DNA of 61,885 nucleotides, counting the filler, from Choristocarpus tenellus KU-1152 (lineage: Eukaryota; Protista; Phaeophyceae), in the NCBI GenBank assembly GCA_964200185.2. It is 11 parts of 11 records of this genome, joined end to end, with 100 filler letters (N's around TTAATTAATTAA, not from the genome) between each part and the next. Parts side by side here need not be neighbours in the genome. Positions count along the whole stretch, not along the records: positions 11,347 to 15,182 come from CAXNAD020017655.1; positions 15,283 to 19,413 come from CAXNAD020016065.1; positions 19,514 to 23,972 come from CAXNAD020014451.1; positions 24,073 to 28,091 come from CAXNAD020016642.1; 7 more parts are not named here. One strand, given 5' to 3'. Shown here one piece after another: positions 13,126-25,839 of this stretch. Below the pieces are notes generated by a model that did no database searches, was not told where the DNA came from, and was given only the letters and a program-made list of their open reading frames with translations. Every line of letters starts with the position of its first letter. Positions within the stretch are counted from its first letter, which is position 1. Both the position numbers and the translations under genes were made by a program.

Positions 13126-13250
13126 TGGAACTGGAGTTCCTATGTTGGAAACAACTGGCAGAGTCGGAACTTGATTCCCTATGTTGGAAACAACTGGCAG
13201 AGTTGGAACTGGAGTCCTTATGTTGGAAACAACTGGCAGAGTCGGAACTG
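13126..13250. repeat. 39-bp minisatellite, about 3 copies
   Basis: Unit approximately GGAACTGGAGTTCCTATGTTGGAAACAACTGGCAGAGTC. Confidence 0.85.
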
Positions 13251-13507
13251 AAGCCCCTATGTTACCAAATGGCAATTATGCATGCCGCCGCAACAGGATC
13301 TAAGGTGATGGATGATATTTATTATCCAGATCAATGATTATCGCCTGCGGTAAGCGTGAAACAGGTAGTCCATGCATGAGACGTAGGATAGCAGAAGTTG
13401 GACCATGAAGTAACTCACATCAGAACAAATAGAAATTTAAATAAGATGTCTTATTTTTGTTTTTTGTCATATAGTGTTTTAATTATTTTTTCTTTGTATA
13501 TCAGGTA

Positions 13508-15182
13508 CAGTAGGTTACCCTATTTTGGGCCAGATATTATGAACCAAATTCAAAATATTCAATTCTGCACTGCTTTTTTTCGACATACCCCAAAAAATAG
13601 GCATTTGTACCGCAATGCTCATATTCGGGCGATTTGGCACAAAATACCACAGATATTCATGCGAGAGTGGCGAGCGAAAAAAATTGTCGCGAAAAGTGCC
13701 TTTCTTCCTGGGTTATGCTACTATACTGCAGTAGATTACGTTGCTGGTAGGGGAATAAAGTGGAAGCCATGCCTTGTGCAGCGGGAAACCTCTGCAAGAT
13801 GCCTTCAAACACACTGGGTCCGCCTTTCTACACAATCCACAAGTGCCGTAAGTGTGGTGAGCCATGGAACAAAGCGGTCCAACTTTACATTGAACACGAA
13901 ATCAGAAGTGCTTGACCACCTCAAGAACAAGAAGCTGAAAGTAACTTTCGTTGCAGAAAAATTCAACATTGCCGAAAGGACAGTGAGGAAAATCCGGGCT
14001 GAAGAAAAGAAAATCGTGGGGCAACTCCATTCGAGACCGGGGGCAGGGAAAGCAAAGTATCTCAAAGGGCTCAAGTTTCCCGAGGTGACTTTGTAGTACT
14101 TTTGTATCATGCAGCTTCTAAGCTGTGCGACTGTGATCTTTAAGTTTTTGGTCGTGATGTTGAATCGATGTATGGAGCGAACTGCTCTTTTCTAGTCTGC
14201 GTTCCGTGAAGAACAGTGTGTCGCAAACTCTCGCTGACATGCATGCCCCAATGTCATCTCCATGTCACTTGTGAAAGGTCAACAAAAAGCTCTCACGCTT
14301 TTAGAAGAAGTGGGGGCTGCAAAGCTTCCATCCAATCGAGCTACCCTCCAGATGCTAGGACGGAAGGCAAGAGATCAGCTCCTCAGCAGTGTGAAGTCCG
14401 ACGAAGAACACCAGCGGCTCAGTGAATTCAACGCAAGCGATCACTGGGTAACAAATGTTGTCATCCGCAACAATCTCAAAATAATGTTTCTCCACGGTGA
14501 AGCGGAGAGCGTCGACAAAGAAGCTATTGCAGATGAAATTGCGATTGTCCGCAAAGAGTGCGAAAATTACGACCTGGATATCTTCACCGTGGATGAGACA
14601 GGACTGTTCTACCGGGTGCTCCCCCGGCGAACCTACCTCACGCCTGGCGAGCACGGCAAGACAACGAGAGGTGTGAAGGGTATGAAGGTGAAGAAACGCC
14701 TTACGGCCTACATTTGTGTCAACGTCAGTGGTACTGCAAAAATGCCACTGGCCTTCAAATGAACGGCCGCGAATCCTAGATGCTTCAGCGCAGGCAAAAG
14801 ACTGCTGCCAAAAGACAATTATTACCTGAACCAGGCGCGTGCATGGTCAGACACCCGCACTTTCGGTCTTTGGTTCAGGACCTTCCTATGCGACATTCGC
14901 AAAATGACGTCGAAGCCCGTTCTGCTTTTCATGGACAACCATAGCAGCCATGCCAGCCTGGAAGACCCCAACAAGCAGGTGAAAGTAATGGAATATCCAC
15001 CCAATTGTACAAGTAAACATCATCCAGCAGATGCGGGCATCATCCAGGCATGGAAAACTCTCTACAAACCGGCGCTCTTGTCCGAGCGGGTAGATATCAT
15101 GGTGGAGGCCCCACGGCTGCGCCAGGAGGCAAAAAAACTAAAAATGAGAATGGGTACGTTGGGGTTGGCGCAGGGCCACCAG
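13508..15182 (+). mobile_element. pogo/Tigger-like (CENP-B HTH + DDE_1) DNA transposon, inactivated, 3' end in gap
   Basis: TA|CAGTAGG left end. HTH region KRSNFTLNTKSEVLDHL...VAEKFNIAERTVRKI. Motifs LHGE, IFTVDETGLFYR, RLTAYICVN, VLLFMDNHSSH and PPNCTSKHHPADAGII. In-frame TGA at 14760-14762. Confidence 0.9.
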
Positions 15183-15899
15183 NNNNNNNNNNNNNNNNNN
15201 NNNNNNNNNNNNNNNNNNNNNNNNNNTTAATTAATTAANNNNNNNNNNNNNNNNNNNNNNNNNNNNNNNNNNNNNNNNNNNNATCAGTGGTGTCTGCATT
15301 TCCTAATCTACTCCACCGATGGTGTCTATAGTGTATCAGCAGCACTATCTACGAACAACCGGTTCTTCCCCTCTAAAACGTATTGAAAACAAAGTTGTAG
15401 CTGTCTGAAGAACCAATGTTCTATGGGTTGTTAAAACTCTGTTCTTACCTGGACCTGCACTTGGTCCAATCACAGTCGAAATTTCTGGCTCAAAACGTTT
15501 TTTGTTTTCAAGGTAGCTGGCATAGTCCTGGCCTGGGATCATTTCATTGTGTCTATTCATTAACTAGGAACAGGCACACACCCCTGTCACTCCTGGTGTC
15601 ACTGGAGTGCCATGGCTGGTAGTGGGTCGAGTCTCTCCTCCTTTTCGATCCTAGCTTTGAGGACCGATGTTTCATCCAGCTTGCTCAGTGCATCAAAAGT
15701 CACCCATCCCTTATGACCTTGACCCAAGCAGTTGGTCTTCTTTCTGTTTCTATATTTTTCAAGGGCCTGGAGGTGTTTACTTCTTAACTTCCAAATATGA
15801 CTTCAGCGCTGCATACTATTTCGAAAGGCATAAGGTTTTCATCGTCTGATGTCTTTGTGGCCATTTCACTTATACCTCTACTCTTCCACACATGCATAG

Positions 15900-18800
15900 T
15901 GAAGGAGCCGGTTGAAGGGATGTTTTATCACTGGATGGTTAATCCGGATAGGGGAGAAGAGTTCTCCCTGGAAGGTAGCACTATTTCGACTGTCTTCAAG
16001 GCCTTGGATTGGCACACTGTAAAGGTTGACGAGGTTAGTGAGACAAAAATGGTGGATTCTTGTGTGCCTCACGACAGCTGAGGACTGTAATTTCCTTGAG
16101 CAAGGGGGACTTGAGGGAAATGTGGTTTGATAGGGGATGATAAATGGTTGGCAACTAATATGCGATCTACATAGCGTAAGAATTGATGTGAGAAGAGGCA
16201 TTTACGTCTTCTCCTGTTGACCAGTCACCCCCACCAAGCTGTTGTAGCTTAGAGGGAGGTGTCGTTAAGTATTTGGGGTCACTGTGACTACCATCTGGTA
16301 CATGAACTTCTAGATCTCTGAAGGGCATTTTTGTGCTTATGTGGATGAATATTTTCCACACTTCTACAACCGCGGGCTCCTACTAGAGAAGGCAGCTACA
16401 TTTCAGGCATAGGAAAGATGTGTCAGGCAGTAGGTATAAAGGAAACAAAATACTTCGAAGGGGCTATGTAGACCTTTCTAATATGGGATGACTATAAATA
16501 CCCATCCGTGACAAGGGGTCATCTATCTTCTCGTGCACAGGTGAATTTACAGGGCAAGATCACCCGGTCTTTGGAGCAGAGGATTTTGTCCAAGTATGTG
16601 AGAAGGGAAATCAGGAGGCTTACTGATGAGGACACTCAAGCGGTCAGTGCTCGTGAATGTATGTTTATGTGTATGTGCATCTGTGTTGGGGGGAGTGCTG
16701 GGTTGTCATTTTCCTGGTGGAGTTTGGTGTTGGTGTGTTTGTGAGAGTTTGTAGACGGAATTGGAAGAGGGAAAACTATCTCTTTGCTTATCTCATACGT
16801 CAGTACTATTATTGATCTATTCTGATTTTTGGTTATGGACTTGTTGGCGAGTGTGTGATGCATAATTGGGTCAGCGTGTAAACCTGAGGAGTGACATGTT
16901 GAAAAGATCGGATGCAGTGGGAGCTTTAGTGCAGAAACTGTGATGGAAGCACTTCATTTTAATCTGTTGTCCATAGTCTTGTGATTTTTGGTGGTGTTTG
17001 GTGTTATCTTTGGAGATCTTGTGGTGTGCCTGAAGACAAGATTGGTGTTGGTGTTTTTGTACTATTTTGTGCAGAGGGGAGGGAGGCATGGCAAATCCGT
17101 TTTTTTCAGACTTAAGCACCTACCATAGCTTTGAGGTATGCACAATGGTAGGCTAATTACCCCATGTGCTGTGTTTCCCACCAATGATCTTCTGTACTGA
17201 AACCCTCCCGAACATATCATACTACTTACACGAGCAGTGGACATAAAGTATGACACGGACTTGATACGTTATCTGAGATGCTTCATTTTCACCTTTTCAT
17301 TAGAGGCATCATTGTTCCTTTCTGACCATTCTCGATTTGAGTATTTTCAGTGTTGTACCAAAACATGGTTAGTAGAACTATGCTCTATATTGTAACTGTA
17401 AAGAGACTCGATTAATGATTTTTCCTCTATGTTCGAATGTATTCTTGAATGGTTCACTGTATGAGACGAAGTGGGTGTAGGGCGAGAGTTAGGTGGTGGC
17501 AAAGTAGGCTGTTATGATTACTTGAAATAAGCACTTCCACACCTAGAGTATGATGAAAGTTTTTGCAGTCGAGGTACATAGTCCATGTTGACATGAATAG
17601 GGTTTTGATCCTATCAATTTTGGCTCCACTTGAGCTCTTGACCGTGTGCCTCAAATCTTGAGATGTGACATGTATCTTTTGTGGTGTGAAAGTGCACTTT
17701 TCATATTTCTTTGTTAGGTTAGTACCAATTGTGCTCCGATCCTGGTCAAGATGTGCATCTAGAACAGTACACTTTTTTCTGTACGGCACAATTTTTCGGC
17801 ACCCTTTTGTTTTTTCTGTATTTTTGAATTTCAAAAATTGGATCTTTTATTCGGAGTCCAATGAATAGCCCAAGGAGAAAAGATAGTCGAACATTGATAT
17901 GCGAGCAAGAGAAATCCAGAATATTTGAGGAATGCGATACATATCAAGTTACATTACATGTGCCATTGTAGTAACAATGATGCAATGCTCAAGGAGACTG
18001 ATTATTCCAGTTCTGTAATCCCTTGCTTAGCCAACAAAGGTAATGCCCACAGAAGGGGAAAGCTTTCAAAATATCATGTGAAACTTTTGCGCCACCCTGT
18101 AAGTGATGTGGATCTATGAATTTTACATCTGTACCTCCTGATAGATAGGCTCTGCAATGGACCAACAGCCTCCCTCTATTGTGTTAATTCCTTTGTTTCC
18201 CATTTCACTATAATTCTCCCTTTCTTGGCACTAAACGGGAAAGTTGCAGGATGCATTGATTGCATTGATTGCATTGATTGCACCTTTTTCAGGAGTGCCC
18301 CCCGTTTTCTCGCTTTGTTGCTGGAAATTCTGAACCGCACCTGTTGACGATCATGTACCACCGTATTAAGGGTGGAGTTTACCTAGGTTGATTCAATGCA
18401 AGATGCAATACATGATACGACTATCACTGCAATCAATTTTTTGATAAAAAAGAGAATCACCAGTCTGACCCCTCCTTCTCAACCATGTAATTGCACGTAC
18501 CTCCACCCACTTTGTATTTATATTTATATATATATATATCTCCATCCACTCAGTATTTCCCCTTGGGTCCCATCCTCCCACACAGCTGATGGATGCCATG
18601 CATATCCTGTGGACGGTGAAGATCAATGCCGGCAAGGAGATTTATGGAGAGGACTACTTAGACATATACACCATCAACGAGCTTCACCAGGCATGTTGCA
18701 ATTGGTGCAGCACATACCAAAGTATTGGGATATGCACTTTAGGAACCCAATCCAAAATAGTACATTAGGTACAAGCTAGGACAACACGTTTGACGGAAAT

Positions 18801-19304
18801 TTCCCTCGGCAGTTGCTTGGGAGATGTGAATTGCAGCAAGCATAATGCCCACTTCTTGTACACTCAGTGAAAGTCTTGTTCCTCTTATTTTATTGTGCTG
18901 TGACTCAGTTCTTCTGCCTACAAATGATTTGGTTTACCTACAAATGATTTGGTTTACCTACAAATGATTTGGTTTGCCTACAAATGATTTGGTTTACCTA
19001 CAAATGATTTGGTTTGCCTACAAATGATTTGGTTTACCTACAAATGATTTGGTTTACCTACAAATGATTTGGTTTACCTACAAATGATTTGGTTTACCAT
19101 TGTCAGGCGGCTGCTTCTGATCAAGAGTGTGATCACTTCCATGAGGGACTGGGATTTGTGACAACACACTCTGCTTTGACCTTGCTCTTCGAGCAGAGCC
19201 TGCAGTTAGTAAACCCTAAGATGGCCATGCACTACTGGGACTACACAATTGACTCCCACCTGGTTCAAACCACCGGAGGAAATGACTTTGACCTCCTTGC
19301 TCGG
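15900..19304 (+). CDS. Tyrosinase-like (type-3 di-copper) protein, partial
   Basis: Exons 15900-16033, 16541-16642 (KYVRREIRRLTDEDTQA), 18586-18690 (LMDAMHILW...INELHQ) and 19107-19304 (AAASDQECDHFHEGLGFVTTHSALTLLFEQSLQLVNPKMAMHYWDYT). Three CuA-type His plus the YWD motif. Phases consistent. Confidence 0.88.
18917..19098. repeat. 20-bp minisatellite, about 9 copies
   Basis: CCTACAAATGATTTGGTTT(A/G) tandem units ending just before the splice acceptor at 19105-19106. Confidence 0.92.
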
Positions 19305-19513
19305 GTGAGAGCAGTGTCTGTGTAAATATGGTCCGTTTTTAACATGTACATGGGTGAGAGGGTTGATATAGGAGGTGGGGACAAATGGGGATGCCAGGGG
19401 GTCAAAGTATCTGNNNNNNNNNNNNNNNNNNNNNNNNNNNNNNNNNNNNNNNNNNNNTTAATTAATTAANNNNNNNNNNNNNNNNNNNNNNNNNNNNNNN
19501 NNNNNNNNNNNNN

Positions 19514-20900
19514 AAGTTAGATGGCATGGTTGATGTGAAGAGCCGCCTTTGTCAAGACCCAGGATGTGCTCGCATATCTTCCTTTGGTAATGAGGGGGGC
19601 AGGAAGGTCATGTACTGCTCCGCACATAAACTTGATGGGATGGTGAAGGTGAATAGCCGCGTTTGCCATGAACCAGGATGTGCACGCAGGGCTAACTTTG
19701 GTCATGAGAGGGACAGGAAGGCCATGTACTGCTCTGCACACAAGTTGGATGGCATGGTCAATGTGACGATCCGACTTTGTCATCACACAGGATGTGCCCG
19801 CCATCCCATCTATGGTGATGAGAGGGACAGGAAGGCCATGTACTGCTCTGCACATAAGTTAGATGGCATGGTTGATGTGAAGAGCCGCCTTTGTCATCAC
19901 CCAGGGTGTGCCCGCCATGTTGTGTATGGATATGAGGGGGACAGGAAGGCCATGTACTGCTCTGCACACAAGTTAGATGGCATGGTCAATGTGAAGAGCC
20001 GACTTTGTCATCACCTAGAATGTTCCCGCAGGGCTAACTTTGGTGATGAGAGAGACAAGAAGGCACTTTGCTGCTCTGAGCACAAGTTGGATGGGATGGT
20101 GAAGGTAAAGAGCCAATGATGCCATCACCCAGGATTTGCTCGCTGCCCCAGCTTTGGTCATGAGAGAGACAGAAAAGCCATGCATGTACTGCTTTGAGCA
20201 CAAGCTTGATGGGATGGTGGATGGAAGGAGCTATCAATGCTTTCTCTTGGAATGTGCCTTCTACACTATCTTTGGTCATGAGAGGGACAGGAAGGCACAG
20301 TACTGCTCTGAGCACAAGCTGGAAGGCATGGTAAATGTGAAGACTAGCAAGTGTCATCGCCCAGAATGTGCTCTCTGCCCCAGCTTTGGTCATGAGAGAG
20401 ACAAGAAGGCGTTGTACTGCTCCAAGCATAAGCTGGATGGTGTGGTAGATGTCAAGAGCCGTCAATTCCTTTTCCTGGAATGTCCCCACTATGCTATTTC
20501 TGGTCATGAGAGGGACAGGAAGGTCATGTACTGCTCTGAGCACAAGCTAGATGGCATGGTGAATGTTTGGAGCCCCTGGTGCCATCAACCAGAGTGTGCT
20601 TGCAATCCTAGCTTTGGGTGTGAGGGGGTCAGGAAGTCCATGTACTGTGCTGCACATAACTTTGATGGCATGGTGAATCTGAAAAACACCCAATGCCATC
20701 ACCCAGAATGTGCCTGCAAATCAAAGTTGGGTTAGGAAATGGACAGGTAGACCATGTATTGATACCCACATTGGGTGGATGGCATGGTGGACATGAAGAG
20801 GTCCTAATATCGTAGCCCGTAATTTTCCTGGTCTCGTTGCTTTGGTCATGAGGGGGGCTGGAAGATGGGGTACTGCTCTGTACATCAGCTAAAGAGCAGG
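19514..20900 (+). pseudogene. EsV-1-7-type cysteine-rich repeat array (34-aa units), disrupted
   Basis: About 12-13 units of CxxPGCxRxxxFGxExDRKAMYCSAHKLDGMVxVKSR. TGA at 20117-20119 followed by frameshifts. 5' end in gap. Confidence 0.85.
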
Positions 20901-21168
20901 TTGGACATACGAAGGCAGTCTGCTGCAATAACCTAGAGTCCGCCTCTTGTGGAGATGTGGTGACGATTATTGAGTTAGGTTGTTTCTTGTGTTGTGTATG
21001 GGGGGAGGTTTTGTCTCTCTTCAAGATGGTATCGTTGGCAAGAATTCACTTAGTGTTTTTTTGTGTTGCTGACTATAGGTGTTTGGTTAGGACCCTTCCC
21101 GTAGGTAAGTGTTAATAAGTAATATTGCAGCAGAAAATTTGCATTTACACTCCAGCATTTTAACTTCT

Positions 21169-21427
21169 GACCCAAAACATTTAAGAGGGTAGGTGGTTTA
21201 CCCTGTTTGTCTGTTCGGGGCTTGGCTTCCCACGGGTTTCATGTGCCCTATTTCGGTTTTCTGTGTGAAAACAGTTACCTAAAATGTATACAACTGTGAA
21301 AGGTATGTCCAGAGCAAGGATATTGACACTTGCTAACAAATATGATGGTCAAAGTTTCATCATAATCAGAACATTGGATTTTGGAGCCCAAACGGACACA
21401 TCCTTACCCTCTAAATTGCTTTGACTC
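21169..21427 (-). mobile_element. MITE family C copy
   Basis: Inverted termini containing AGAGGGTA/TACCCTCT, flanked by TCT/TCT. Homologous to 49372-49626. Confidence 0.8.
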
Positions 21428-22762
21428 TCTCCTTGAAGAGTATCACCTTTTCCTCTTGAGGTGTCTAACATGGATCTTTCTGCATCCCAAAAATGACACC
21501 CACACGAAGAGGGGTTGTCCAATTAAATCTTTTTGGCTGCACTTGAGTACCAACTGAACTAGCCTACCCCATGGTCTCTAGGAATAGCTTCAGCTACAAT
21601 CGTTTGTTCCTTGCTTCTTGCACCTTGAAATTCATCGACCCACCCCTCATTGACCTCGTCCCCCTTGCGCCACTCTCTACCATAATCAGCAGCATGTGTG
21701 TGTGTGTGTTTGGTGTGTTGAAATGTGTCACACTAATAGTGGTAGTAGGCACTGAGATAGAAATGCTAGCAACAATTACAACAAACTTCAAAATGTAAAA
21801 TAAAATTAATCATAGCAATAAACACAACGATCTTATTTATAGCATTTTCAAAGTACATTAACAACAGCAGGAGCAGTAATAGCATCCAAGGTATAATGAT
21901 ATACTTCAAAGCAGTAGAAAAAATAACATCGTGAATGAAAATAGTAAAATAATATCAAAAACGGTTTGTTGAACGACATGTCCATGAACATCAATCATGG
22001 CAGGGATCGGGTAGGCAGATGGAGGGGAGAAAAATAGAGAGGCTGCTGTACAAGCAGAACATGAGCAAGATTAAACAAAAATAAAAGGAAAGGTAGAGCA
22101 CGATGGAAAGAAACACCAAGATATATGGAGGTGGTATGTTGCAGGGAAAATGAATCTAACATTCCCATTGAGCAAGTAGTATAAAAATAAACGTGTATGA
22201 AGTCATCATACCTTGTAACATCGAATCATCCTTCCACGATCTCTTGTGGCAGCCCACCATATCATGCATTAGCTTTTACACCATGATATATATAAATCTC
22301 TGCTAGCCAATCAGGACACACGCACAGGGGCTGATAGACTCCCTGTGAGTCTCCTTTTCCATGAACACTCTCTAGAGCTCTAGAGTGCTATCGTGGTGCT
22401 ACAGAACTCGCAACTAGTACTCACATGAACAAGAAACAAATGTATGGTCACGGCCTGTGATGGCTACTCTATGTCACACCAAAGTAGCATCTAAGGTTGC
22501 CCGGGCCACCACCCCCACCACTACTGTCTAGTGAATGTTATTTTATACTTCTTGGAATGTTTTCTCTTGCATCCTTCATACGTTTCTCTTTTCTTTTCTT
22601 CCCTCCTCACTTTTTTGAGTTAACGGTGTTTTTGTTCTCCTACAGGGTTCTGTTCTTCCTTTTCTTCCCTACTTCTGAACTTTTGTGGGTGTATATATTT
22701 TTATATTAATGTACACATATCGTACACCATGTATACACAATACATCAGAATCAATAGCATCG

Positions 22763-22860
22763 AACAGCCGATTTCAAAAATTGAGGATGGAGCTTTTCAA
22801 TTTCGGGTCAAGCCCATCCTCAATGAAAAGCTCCATCCTCAATTTTTGAAATCGGCTGTT
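22763..22860. mobile_element. MITE family D (AACAG termini, 4-bp TSD)
   Basis: Perfect TIR AACAGCCGATTTCAAAAATTGAGGATGG flanked by ATCG/ATCG. Confidence 0.88.
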
Positions 22861-23315
22861 ATCGGTACTCTGCTCCAGAGAGTCTCATGGCCAACATCTG
22901 ATAGCTATAGAGCTCCTCCATACACACACGCTGGCATGCATTCAAAAGAGAAGCTGCAAATATCACCAACAACCAATCCATGAAATAACTATACTGTACT
23001 GGAACAAGTCCATAAACCAGTATCAACTCTGAACACCTATCTGTCAGTTTGAGTACGCCTTCCCAAGTTCAGTGGTTGAGACACACCCTCCACATGCACA
23101 AAACGCTCCCAAGTATTTCCACTGGGTGTAGATAGATAAATATATACACAACCTACGAAAGACAACTTCCTGTTAAAAAATAACAACACTGAACATCGTA
23201 GGACTTTAAACAGTTTCCTCTCGCAGATGTATCTCCACCACGATAAAAAAAAAGAAAGCATAACAAATAAAAAAGGTAACTGATTATTCCACTCTCCAAA
23301 ACCCCGCAGAATCAC

Positions 23316-23519
23316 CTCATCCGCCCTTGACTCCACTGATGCTAGCCTCCCTCCAAAGCCCTGGCTGCTGGCGGCCACGACTGCTCTCTCTCTCCCTTCT
23401 GTATCTGTCTTCGCCCTCTCTGCATTACACAAACACGCCTCCAAAGATACCAGAGCACTCTTTGCTGCAGAGAGTTGATCTTTGAGACTCATCACTTCCT
23501 GTTTCAAAGACTTGCTCAC
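23316..23519 (-). CDS. Internal exon of a coiled-coil protein of unknown function
   Basis: Bounded by CAG|GTG...GAG|GTGAT, 204 nt open, VSKSLKQEVMSLKDQLSAAKSALVSLEACL heptad pattern. Smaller candidate exons near 22212-22245 and 21568-21680. Confidence 0.55.
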
Positions 23520-24189
23520 CTGCCAAGGGTTGGGAAGGACCATCACATAAGCTAAACAAAAAGATGTACTGTGATATGGTGTGCATGTGTGGAGGAGATA
23601 GTATGTTTGTATGCACACGTCCCTTTACCAGTAACACCACTATCTTAGACTGATGTCCACAAAACTCAAACGCACTTCATGTGGTACAAGGGAGAGAACA
23701 CGCCTGCTTGGAAGGAAAAACATTTTGTTCCCAATACTAGGGCGATCTTTCTGTCTGTTGTCAAGCCAATTCACATCCTTGGATGGGCTCAATGGAAGGG
23801 CATACATATATATATATATATTCAAACTCACTTAACCACTGTCAGCAATGTGGTGATAATGAGACAGGAAATGGTAATGACTCTTGTAGGGCCTTTGTGT
23901 GAAGTGAGCTCAAGCCCAATTTGTGCAGGTAATGGAGATTTGAAAGGTATTGGGTTAGGGTGGCAGGGGGGGNNNNNNNNNNNNNNNNNNNNNNNNNNNN
24001 NNNNNNNNNNNNNNNNTTAATTAATTAANNNNNNNNNNNNNNNNNNNNNNNNNNNNNNNNNNNNNNNNNNNNCGTCAGTGAAACCATGGACTCTTGACCG
24101 GGAACCTCACTCGGTACGACGGTATAACGGTATATGGCCAACGGCAATAACGGTATAATAACATACAAACATGCTTTCCACTGTAGTGA

Positions 24190-25839
24190 TTTTGTATAAG
24201 CTTCGGGGAACGGGAGCTATGTCCCGATCAAATAATGGAAAAAACGCGGGGGAATATCTCCGGCGCAATTTTGAGGGTCGCGACTTCAAGAGATACGAAA
24301 ATGAAGTGGTTGGCTGACCTCCTTATTACAGAAAGCTAGTTCGGGATATCTCGCTGCCAAGTTTGACTTGCGGCCCTATCGAAGAAAATTTCAAGATTTC
24401 CCGACATCATTTTAACGACTTTTGCAGACCCAAAGTATCTGGGGGGGTGGGGGAGGTCTACACGAGGGTGTCCATTTGGACCAAAATCGGGAAAAGTGCT
24501 TTTGGATTATCCATCCGACGTATGGCAGCCAAATCACCCAAAAATCGTGATATGAAGAAATTGACCCCATATGGACAGCCGCCACTCCCTCCGAGATACT
24601 TTGAGACGCAGTCTTTCTGTGAGGACACACACACTTGACTTACACAACAATATGAACCACGGCGGTGAGACAAGGAGGGTTGCTATGACCACTCTGCCCT
24701 CTGGATCTACCCTCGGTACCTTCTCTGTCGAGAGGGGCCGGAAAAAAAAGCACCGTGTGACACTCAGGGCGATGTGATGTGAGGTAACGAGAAAGTGGGA
24801 GTAGTGTGGCGGAGCAGCATGATCAAGTTGTGAAATAGACCACGCAGTTGCGACACTGACGCTGAGAGAAGATGCATTGAAAGCATTACCATACAAACGC
24901 AGTTGGGTCTTCAACCACGTCGGAGAACTGCTCTGCAGTCTCTGCCGCCTCGGGAAAGCAGGAAGAGAGCAGCGAGTCCATCACCAGGAGGTAGAGTGAT
25001 GAAGTCTGTGGGGAAGACTGGTCACGGCGGGCGAAGGAAGAACCAGAGTGACCAGCCGAAGGGAAGGTTAGGGAGGAGAGCAGTGCGACTACGTGCCATT
25101 GGGCTCAGGAAATGCCTAAGCAAAAACTCGACTGTAGAATATCTTAGTAGTCGTCAGTTGCAGCAGGCCCTGGCTGTTTGGAAGCCATGTGAGCCAGAGT
25201 GGCTTAGGAAACGAGAAAGAAGGTGTTAGGGTTGGGCTACAAGGGCTCTGAAGCCCGAAAGAAGGTATCTTATTTCCGGTGCTCAACGAGGAAATGTGAT
25301 AGTAAAGGCTCTAACACCGTGAATCTTGTACCTGTGTACGAACGACGGGATAGACCATCAAATGGCGCTCGAGATGGCAACAGGATATGCGACATCGTGA
25401 TGGTCAAGTCGGAAACTGTGAGTAAATGGGAGAGAGACTTCCTAACCAAGGGCCATATCAAGGTGTCGGAGCAAGGGCGCTATGAGAGGCTTTTCGTTCT
25501 GGGTTTCGACGAGGACGTCCTTACCGAGGTCAAAGAGTGGGTGCGCGAACACACAGGAAGAAAGGGTGGGAAGTTTTTTCTCCCAAACAAACCCTATACT
25601 TCAATCAAGTGATAGTGTATCTGTTCCCACTATTGGTGACCTACAATCCAGGGTTCGAATCCCAATATGAGTGCTCTTTCTTCAAAAAAAGAAAAAAATG
25701 GTGAAAAAGATAAACGAACCCCTTACTCTGAGGGGCCTTGTGATGGGCATCACGAATATGCTCTTATTTTTTATATCCAATGTCTACATCAAAAGTTATG
25801 ACGGGACAACTCCAGAGGGCGAAGCTACTAGTACCACTA
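24190..25839 (+). mobile_element. TIR DNA transposon relic, copy 1
   Basis: Colinear with 25840-27818. Ends CAGAGGGCGAAGCTACTAGTACCACTA. ORF relic TVSKWERDFLTKGHIKVSEQGRYER...DEDVLTEVKEWVREH. Confidence 0.75.
24427..24607 (+). mobile_element. MITE family A copy nested in the TIR element
   Basis: Full length, flanked by GCA/GCA. The paralogous site at 26211-26220 is empty. Confidence 0.92.

Noticed and set aside
13126-13250. CRISPR-like or peptide-precursor repeat
   Set aside because: Contiguous 39-bp minisatellite. The repeated peptides are a by-product of the unit length being a multiple of 3.
18917-19098. CRISPR-like array
   Set aside because: Contiguous 20-bp units with no unique spacers, in a eukaryotic intron, with no cas genes.
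15900-20900. Tyrosinase/EsV-1-7 fusion gene
   Set aside because: The two parts are separated by an artificial linker and a MITE end, so adjacency is unproven.
19514-20900. Integrated phaeovirus genome
   Set aside because: No NCLDV core genes nearby, and EsV-1-7 repeats are common in host genes.
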